A DNA stretch of 64,000 nt, taken from contig DASPLQ010000012.1 of the NCBI GenBank assembly GCA_035627515.1, positions 906,331 to 970,330 on the forward strand, given 5' to 3'. Within the stretch, counting starts at the first letter, position 1. Every line of letters starts with the position of its first letter. This DNA is from Vitreimonas sp. Lineage in GTDB: Bacteria > Patescibacteriota > Microgenomatia > UBA1400 > PJMF01. Positions 57,508 through 64,000 of the stretch are shown here, one piece after another. The notes beneath the pieces were generated by a model. It saw nothing but the letters and a program-made list of their open reading frames with translations, was not told where the DNA came from and ran no database searches. Made by a program: the position numbers and the translations under genes.

Positions 57508-60500
57508 ATGCGACATCGTGTCAAACGTCAATTGACGTCTCTGTTCTTTTTAGTTTTAACTCTCCTCCAACAAATTTTACCAACCTTTTCTTTACTTAAC
57601 CTTGCATATGCAGTAACTGCTAGTGAAGTTGACACGGCTCTCACTTATGACAGTAATGCACATGAGTTTAATTTAAGTATCAACAATGCTACTGAAGCTG
57701 AGTACCTCATTGAATATACCTATTCTCAAAATGGTGAAGTTAAACAAGAAGCCCTCCAAGGTCAAGCCAATGATGGCGATGGCAGCGTGGAAACGACCCT
57801 ATTTACGGGGACATGTTCAGGTAATGACTGTACACCGCACACTGGTGTCAGTAGTGGGCACATTGATCTCAAAGCTAAAGACCTCAATGGTGAGATGCAG
57901 TTTTACGCTGCAGACTTTATCATTACTAATGGATTATTGTGGTTAAGTGAAAATGGGAGTCAGACATTGTCTGAAGTCCAACTTAACCAAACGTATACAG
58001 CTCCTCAAAACGGTAACGTCAAAATTACGTTTACTTCGTTACCTAACCCAGCTGGGTCAATCACCATCACAGAAGTTACTCTGAGTGCTGAACAAATGGC
58101 AGCCTTAGGCGCGCCTTCTGACAAAGCTTATGAGATCACTTCCACTATGGCTGACGGGACTTTTGCTTATACCTTAGAGTTACCCGTCATCGGTGCTGAA
58201 GCTAATACAGAATATACAGTTAAGTGGGCAGAAAGTTTAGGCGAGCTCAATAATGCTCAAACCGTCACTCAAACCGTGACTCAACAAAACGGGAGTGTGG
58301 TAGTCAGTGGCTTAAATCACTTTACTGTGTTTGTGGTGGTTAATACGACTGGTGGTAGTAACAGTGGAGTAGGGACACAAACGTGGAATAATACCGGAAA
58401 TATCACCACGTCAAATAATCAACGGGCGACTGTTTCCATGCCCGCTGGTACCACTTCACACTACTTAACGGCTACCGGGTCAGCGGCAATTCCTACAAAT
58501 GCTGTCGTGACGGGTATTACCGTTACTATTGAACGACAGGTCCAGCAAGACCGACCTACCGATACCCAAGATAACATTGTGCGTTTAATGAAAGCTGGGA
58601 GTGTAGTGGGTTCAAACTATGCTCAACCAGGTGGTTGGACCACTACCGATACGGTTATCACGTATGGTAGCAGTAATGATTTGTGGGGCACGACATGGAC
58701 AGCAGCTGATGTTAATAATCCTAACTTTGGTGTGGCGTTATCGGTGAGCCGTGGTGGCAGTGATATCCAAGGACAGACTCCTGGAGTTGATCACATCCAA
58801 ATCACCGTTCATTACGTGGCAATCACATTGCTCTCACCCAATGGTGGTGAAGTGTATGCCGGTGGCAGTACTCAAACCATTGCCTGGAATGCTCCTGACA
58901 CTGATGCTAATCCTAATGATTCATTAATTACTTTGGAGTACACCACCGATGGAGTGAACTTTGTCACGATTGCGACAAATGAACCCAACGACGGTAGTTA
59001 TACGTGGACAGTGCCTAATATTAACTCCACTACGGTCCAAGTTCGAGCTACTGTGACAGATGGTGTAAATAATAGTGCCAGTGCTAATGACATGTCAGAT
59101 GCAGTGTTCACGATAGGTGCTATGGCTAACCCCGCGCCTGTTTTAAGCTTCAGTGGTTTCCGCGATCAAGCTAGTGCTGTTTATGATAATACCCAAGCTA
59201 TCCAAGCTTGTGGTGCTACCAATAATACTGGCTTCATTGCTTGGGAATGGCAGCTGACTAACTCACCCACCAATGATCCAATTACATATACCTATACAAT
59301 TGTCAGTGGGCCCACGGCAGTTGGTTTTACAACCACGACTGCTAACACCTATTACAACGGGCAGATCCCTGCTCAAGGTACGTATATAGTAGAAGTCTAT
59401 GGTACTGACGCCTTAAATAATGTTAGTAACACCGTTTCTTGTTCCGTTACTTTTGACGCTCCTGCTCCTTCGGCACCTTTATTTTGGGTTGAAGAAGACG
59501 CCAGTAGTGTGGAACTTAATTGGCAGGCTGCAACTAACGCAGTTAGTTACAACATTTATCGTGATGGTAGTTTATTAACCACTCTTAACTCTCTTACCTA
59601 TAGTGATGCAACTGCTGGACTTTTGAGTACTCACACCTACGAGGTGAGAGCAGTTAATGCTTACAATGAGGAATCCACTCCCCAAACCGCTAAACAAGCC
59701 CAAACCTTAGATGTGGTCATCGATGACAATGCGAATGGGGCAGACCTCAGTGGCTCAGGCACCTTTTCCGCTTCGGCTGGTTGGTCGGCATTTAGCATTA
59801 ATGACTCACCTGTGCTGCAAAATGCAGTAGGTGGTGACAACTATAGTACGGTGGGTGCGGCTTCTGGCCAAACTGCTACTTGGACTACCGCTGCTAATTT
59901 AGATGGTATCTATGAAGTGTACGTGCAGTACATCTGTGATAGTTCACGCGGTACCGCTCAATATGCTATTAATTCAGGAGCTTTCCCGGTAGGTACAGCC
60001 ATGGTTGATCAATCAACCACTGATGGCACCACGCAATGTAGTGGCCAATCAGCAATTAGTGAGGCTGGCGCCAACTGGATTAGCTTAGGTCAATTTGCCT
60101 TTGTAAATGCTCAAGGTCAAGTTCAAATCACGGCTCCCAATGGAGAAGTGAATATCTTGGCTGATGCAGTGGCTTTCCGCTATGTAAGTCCCTATGCTTC
60201 AATCCAAGGTCGCAAATATCGTGACGTCAATGGTGATGGCAACTTTAACGCCAGTGAACAAATCGTGGCCAATCGCTTGAATGGCTGGACAATTTCTATC
60301 TATAACGATTTAAATGCTGCGCCCATTGCCTCAATGGTAACTGGTGACGACACCACAATTGCGGGTGTAGTCGGCAACGGTCAATACCGCTTTGTCGGCT
60401 TGGCTGCTGGTACCTACTATGTCTGTGAAACTCAGCAAACAAACTGGCAACAAACCGAACCAGCGAGTGGGGTGGCTAATCCCAATGCCGACGGCACACT

Positions 60501-63500
60501 GTGTTACACCGTTACTTTGGCAGCAGGTCAAAGTGTGACCGGTCGCCAATTTGGTAACTTCGAATTAGCTACTATCACCGGTGCCAAGATCAATGATCTC
60601 AATGGCAACGGAGTGATTGAAGCAGGGGAACCTGGGTTGGGTGGCTGGCGGATCTATGTGGATGCCGACAATAGCCAATCATGGGACTCAACTGAAATTA
60701 ATGCGGTGACCGATGTGACTGGTACTTATTCATTGCCAGGGTTGTTTGCCGGTACCTATAGTATTTGTGAGGAAAACCAAACTGGTTGGACTCGGACCTT
60801 TCCTACAGGCAGTAACTGTCAAAACGTGACGGTCAATACTTCTGGTCAAATTATCCCTGACATTAATTTTGCGAATTTTGAGCTTAACACCATCAGTGGT
60901 CAAAAATTTAATGACGTTGATGCTGATGGCGTCAAAGACAATGGTGAGCCAGGCATTCAAGGCTGGAGTATTAATATCAGCGGTAGTTATAACGGTGGTG
61001 GCTTGAGTGTGACTACTCAGACTGACGTCAATGGGAATTATCTTTTCACTGATTTATTACCTGGCACCTACACTGTCTGTGAAATCGATCAAGCTGATTG
61101 GACCCAAACATATCCAACTACTAATGCGGGTTGTTATCCAATCACTGTGAATTTGTCTGGACAAGATTTCATTGATCAAGACTTTGGTAATGCCCAAGAA
61201 GGCTCGATCCAAGGTCGTAAGTTTGAAGATGAAAATGCCGATCATAACCACGATGGAGATGATACTTTCCTGGATGGTTGGAGTGTACGCTTGTACCAAT
61301 TTGTGAATGGCGCCTGGACTTTTGTGAGTAGTATGTTTACTGGTGATGACACCACGGCAGCTGGGAATGTCGCCCCCGGTCAATATCGCTTTACAAATTT
61401 ATTGACGGGTCAATATGCGTTGTGTGAAGACATGAGCGGTCAACCTGATGGCTGGATTCAAACCCGCCCTTGGAGTGGTAATGGCACTGCTATTTTGCAA
61501 TCAGTGGTCGATGGGAGTTTGTTCCAACCAACTGGTTACACCAACTACTGTCATACAGTCAATTTAGATCCTAATGAAGATCGCGTAGGCGTGCGCTTTG
61601 GCAACTTCAAACTAGCCGAAGTCTACGGCAGTAAATTTGAAGATGTAAATGCCAATGGTGCTCGTGACGCCAGTGAATCAGGTTTGCCTAACTGGACCAT
61701 CTTTGTTGATGCCAACTTAAATGGCACACTTGATGCCACTGAGTCTTCAACAGTGACTGATAGTAATGGTGATTATGCTTTTACTGGCTATAACGGTTTA
61801 GTATTAGGCACTCACCAACTGTGTGAGGTCCAACAAAGTGGTTGGTTCCAAACCGTGCCAGCCAATGGTACCTGTCATTCCGTGAACGTGACTGAATCAA
61901 CTCAAACAATAATTGATCTTGATTTCGGTAACTTCCAGATGGGCACTTTACAAGGTCGCAAATATGAAGATATGGATGCCGATGGTCTTCATGATGGCGC
62001 GGCTACTGAAGCTCGCTTAGCTGATTGGACCATCCGCTTGTACCGTGATTTTGCTGGTGAGTGGTTGAGTGAAGATGAAATGTACACCGAAAATGACAAC
62101 AGTAATCTCAACCCTGATCACGCTTCTGGAGATGTAGACGCAGGTCAATACCGCTTTACTAATCTAGAGCCAGGCACATATTACGTCTGTGAAGTGGTTG
62201 AAGCTGGATGGTTACAAACCGGTCCAGTGGTCGGCGCTAACCCTGTTAACTTCAACGGCCAAGTCATGAACGACGCTGTGGCTGTTGCTAACCAATCGGG
62301 TGAAACTGATGAAGCCCTCACGTGCTGGCAGGTTGCTATTGATCAATCTGGCGAGTTTAATCGCTGGATGAAGTTTGGTAACTTTGAGCTGGCTACTATT
62401 ACCGGGACGAAATGGAACGACATCACTCCCAATGGGACTCGTGAACTTGGTGAGCCCGGATTATCGGGTTGGACGATCTACGTAGATGCCAACAACAACC
62501 AAACATTAGATGGTAACGAACAGTTCACGTTCACTGATGCCTATGGTAACTACACATTGAGTGGTTTCCCGCTGGGTACCTACAGTGTGTGTGAGGTGCA
62601 ACAAAATTATTGGCGCCAAATGTTCCCTGCCAACAATGGTTGCCACACTATCACGGTGACTGAGTCAGGTCAGGTCTTTACTGAAAATGACTTTGGCAAT
62701 GCCCAAGAAGGTTTCATTTCTGGCTTGAAGTTTACTGATTACTTAGCCAACGGAGTAGCTGTGGATAGTGATGAGGCCGTTTTTGATACCGTCATTGATG
62801 TGGCGGTGGGTGGAATTGATGGTTGGACGATCAACTTGTTTGATGCCGGCTGGAATTTCTTAGAATCAACTACCACTCATGCTCATAATCTGTTTGGCAT
62901 CTTTACCTTGCATGGCCATTATTGGTTCGACCATTTATTAGCTGGCACGTACTACGTGTGTGAGCAGCCTCAAGATGGTTGGGTGCAAACGACGGCCATC
63001 AACTTATTAGATGAGCTGTTTGGGACCGGCAATGAGATCGTGCCAGATCCTAATAACCCTGGCTATATGTGCCATGAAGTCAATTTATTACCAGGTGAAA
63101 TCAATTGGACCAACTGGTTTGCTAACTTCCAGTTAGCCACCGTATCAGGTGTGAAGTTCCATGACGTGAATGGTGATGGTGTTCGTAACGAAGGCGAGCC
63201 AGGTTTAGCTAACTGGACGATTCACATCACGGGCACCGACGTTAATGGCAACAGTTATGACGAACTGGTCAATACCGCTGCCGATGGTACCTATACCTTT
63301 GCTGGCAATCAGTCTGGGTTAATGGCTGGTACCTACCAAGCCTGTGAGATCAATCAAAGCAACTGGGTCCAAACTTTGCCAGCTAATCCGAGCTGTTACA
63401 CCTTAGAAGTGGTCATTTCTGGCCAACAGTTCACCAATGTAGATTTTGGTAACTACTTTGTGCCGCCTACAAATGGTGGTGGCAATGGCGGTGGCGGTAC

Positions 63501-64000
63501 TTCTGCCCCCGGTGGAGCCAGTCCTCAGGTGTGTACTGACAACGCGCCGAGTTCAGCTCCGGCTAACTTGCACGTTCAAGCCAGTGGTAGTAATACCGTG
63601 ACTTTGGCTTGGCATCCTGTTTCTCCTGCTAGCCATTACGCGTTAGTCTTTACTCGCCAGAGTGACGGCGCCCAATTTGGTTCAACCAATATTGGCAATG
63701 TCACTAGCTATACCATCAATGGTATTTCTGGTGGGGCAGACTACACCTTTGAGGTCTTTGGGGTGAATGGTTGTATGCCAGGTCCTCGCTCAGTTATCAG
63801 AGGTCGCCGCATTACAGGTCCAGTTTTAACTGCTCGACCAGTAGGCCAAGACGGCACAGTTTTAGGAGCAGAAGAAGTTTATTATGAAGAGGCAACACCT
63901 TCAGCTACCTTGACTGCTACAAATAGTGCTCAGGTCGCAGGAATGTCGGCCACCTGCAGTGATCCATGGTGGAAGTGGTTGTTATTCTTGGCACAAGCAA
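57508..64000 (+). CDS. Giant secreted surface protein (over 2,160 aa, 3' end beyond the window) with at least 9 tandem SdrD-B/Cna-B-like repeats and FN3-like domains
   Basis: My own translation from ATG 57508 gives MRHRVKRQLTSLFFLVLTLLQQILP (signal peptide) and no stop through position 64000. The recurring unit is GxKFxDxNxNGxxDxGEPGLxGWTIxV...TDxxGNYxFxxLxxGTYxVCE...DFGNF. GAGG Shine-Dalgarno. Confidence 0.8.
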   Translation, partial: MRHRVKRQLTSLFFLVLTLLQQILPTFSLLNLAYAVTASEVDTALTYDSNAHEFNLSINNATEAEYLIEYTYSQNGEVKQEALQGQANDGDGSVETTLFTGTCSGNDCTPHTGVSSGHIDLKAKDLNGEMQFYAADFIITNGLLWLSENGSQTLSEVQLNQTYTAPQNGNVKITFTSLPNPAGSITITEVTLSAEQMAALGAPSDKAYEITSTMADGTFAYTLELPVIGAEANTEYTVKWAESLGELNNAQTVTQTVTQQNGSVVVSGLNHFTVFVVVNTTGGSNSGVGTQTWNNTGNITTSNNQRATVSMPAGTTSHYLTATGSAAIPTNAVVTGITVTIERQVQQDRPTDTQDNIVRLMKAGSVVGSNYAQPGGWTTTDTVITYGSSNDLWGTTWTAADVNNPNFGVALSVSRGGSDIQGQTPGVDHIQITVHYVAITLLSPNGGEVYAGGSTQTIAWNAPDTDANPNDSLITLEYTTDGVNFVTIATNEPNDGSYTWTVPNINSTTVQVRATVTDGVNNSASANDMSDAVFTIGAMANPAPVLSFSGFRDQASAVYDNTQAIQACGATNNTGFIAWEWQLTNSPTNDPITYTYTIVSGPTAVGFTTTTANTYYNGQIPAQGTYIVEVYGTDALNNVSNTVSCSVTFDAPAPSAPLFWVEEDASSVELNWQAATNAVSYNIYRDGSLLTTLNSLTYSDATAGLLSTHTYEVRAVNAYNEESTPQTAKQAQTLDVVIDDNANGADLSGSGTFSASAGWSAFSINDSPVLQNAVGGDNYSTVGAASGQTATWTTAANLDGIYEVYVQYICDSSRGTAQYAINSGAFPVGTAMVDQSTTDGTTQCSGQSAISEAGANWISLGQFAFVNAQGQVQITAPNGEVNILADAVAFRYVSPYASIQGRKYRDVNGDGNFNASEQIVANRLNGWTISIYNDLNAAPIASMVTGDDTTIAGVVGNGQYRFVGLAAGTYYVCETQQTNWQQTEPASGVANPNADGTLCYTVTLAAGQSVTGRQFGNFELATITGAKINDLNGNGVIEAGEPGLGGWRIYVDADNSQSWDSTEINAVTDVTGTYSLPGLFAGTYSICEENQTGWTRTFPTGSNCQNVTVNTSGQIIPDINFANFELNTISGQKFNDVDADGVKDNGEPGIQGWSINISGSYNGGGLSVTTQTDVNGNYLFTDLLPGTYTVCEIDQADWTQTYPTTNAGCYPITVNLSGQDFIDQDFGNAQEGSIQGRKFEDENADHNHDGDDTFLDGWSVRLYQFVNGAWTFVSSMFTGDDTTAAGNVAPGQYRFTNLLTGQYALCEDMSGQPDGWIQTRPWSGNGTAILQSVVDGSLFQPTGYTNYCHTVNLDPNEDRVGVRFGNFKLAEVYGSKFEDVNANGARDASESGLPNWTIFVDANLNGTLDATESSTVTDSNGDYAFTGYNGLVLGTHQLCEVQQSGWFQTVPANGTCHSVNVTESTQTIIDLDFGNFQMGTLQGRKYEDMDADGLHDGAATEARLADWTIRLYRDFAGEWLSEDEMYTENDNSNLNPDHASGDVDAGQYRFTNLEPGTYYVCEVVEAGWLQTGPVVGANPVNFNGQVMNDAVAVANQSGETDEALTCWQVAIDQSGEFNRWMKFGNFELATITGTKWNDITPNGTRELGEPGLSGWTIYVDANNNQTLDGNEQFTFTDAYGNYTLSGFPLGTYSVCEVQQNYWRQMFPANNGCHTITVTESGQVFTENDFGNAQEGFISGLKFTDYLANGVAVDSDEAVFDTVIDVAVGGIDGWTINLFDAGWNFLESTTTHAHNLFGIFTLHGHYWFDHLLAGTYYVCEQPQDGWVQTTAINLLDELFGTGNEIVPDPNNPGYMCHEVNLLPGEINWTNWFANFQLATVSGVKFHDVNGDGVRNEGEPGLANWTIHITGTDVNGNSYDELVNTAADGTYTFAGNQSGLMAGTYQACEINQSNWVQTLPANPSCYTLEVVISGQQFTNVDFGNYFVPPTNGGGNGGGGTSAPGGASPQVCTDNAPSSAPANLHVQASGSNTVTLAWHPVSPASHYALVFTRQSDGAQFGSTNIGNVTSYTINGISGGADYTFEVFGVNGCMPGPRSVIRGRRITGPVLTARPVGQDGTVLGAEEVYYEEATPSATLTATNSAQVAGMSATCSDPWWKWLLFLAQA

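Noticed and set aside
60331-61383. Three minus-strand ORFs (72-108 aa) inside the giant surface protein gene
   Set aside because: They are out of frame and antisense within a continuous + strand ORF of more than 6 kb.
1-64000. CRISPR arrays, rRNA genes, IS/transposase or integrase genes
   Set aside because: I saw no regularly spaced direct repeats, no rRNA-like conserved stretches, and no transposase or integrase motifs in any frame while reading the sequence. The tRNA-Glu-adjacent block lacks an obvious integrase.

Overview
This 64 kb window is densely coded (about 90%) with moderate GC and looks like a small-genome Gram-positive-type or CPR/Patescibacteria-like bacterium; that placement is inference only. 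Housekeeping genes are clear. They include the ftsE-ftsX-(coiled-coil M23 peptidase) division module, bcp, prfB as a single ORF with no programmed frameshift, a cyclophilin lipoprotein, ddl and murF, secG, rny, recA, metG, tatD, rmuC, and tRNA-Pro(GGG) and tRNA-Glu(CUC). A large part of the window encodes envelope glycosylation machinery: several GT-C-fold polytopic membrane proteins, a PMT/GT39-like mannosyltransferase, a UbiA-family decaprenyl-phosphate phosphoribosyltransferase-like enzyme, a WecA/MraY-family phosphotransferase, a processive GT2 synthase with a QxxRW motif, and a translationally coupled GT2 plus GT-C pair. The 3' end of the window carries a lipid kinase, a dual-specificity phosphatase and an acyltransferase-3, followed by a giant secreted repeat protein of more than 2,100 aa with SdrD-B/Cna-B-like tandem domains plus FN3 domains. 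That protein runs off the window. Candidates for undescribed biology are: (1) an apparently circularly permuted M23 domain in the FtsEX-associated coiled-coil peptidase; (2) a co-directional trio of acidic proteins with no recognisable domains (36.3-38.5 kb); (3) a regulator combining a degenerate P-loop NTPase-like N-terminus with a C-terminal OmpR-type winged helix; (4) a block of hypothetical genes next to tRNA-Glu; (5) an 11-nt-spaced palindrome overlapping the recA promoter; and (6) disordered Pro/Ala/Lys/Glu-rich tails on FtsE and RNase Y. No CRISPR arrays, rRNA genes or obvious transposases were seen. The ORF track accepts TTG/GTG starts, so several listed starts are uncertain.
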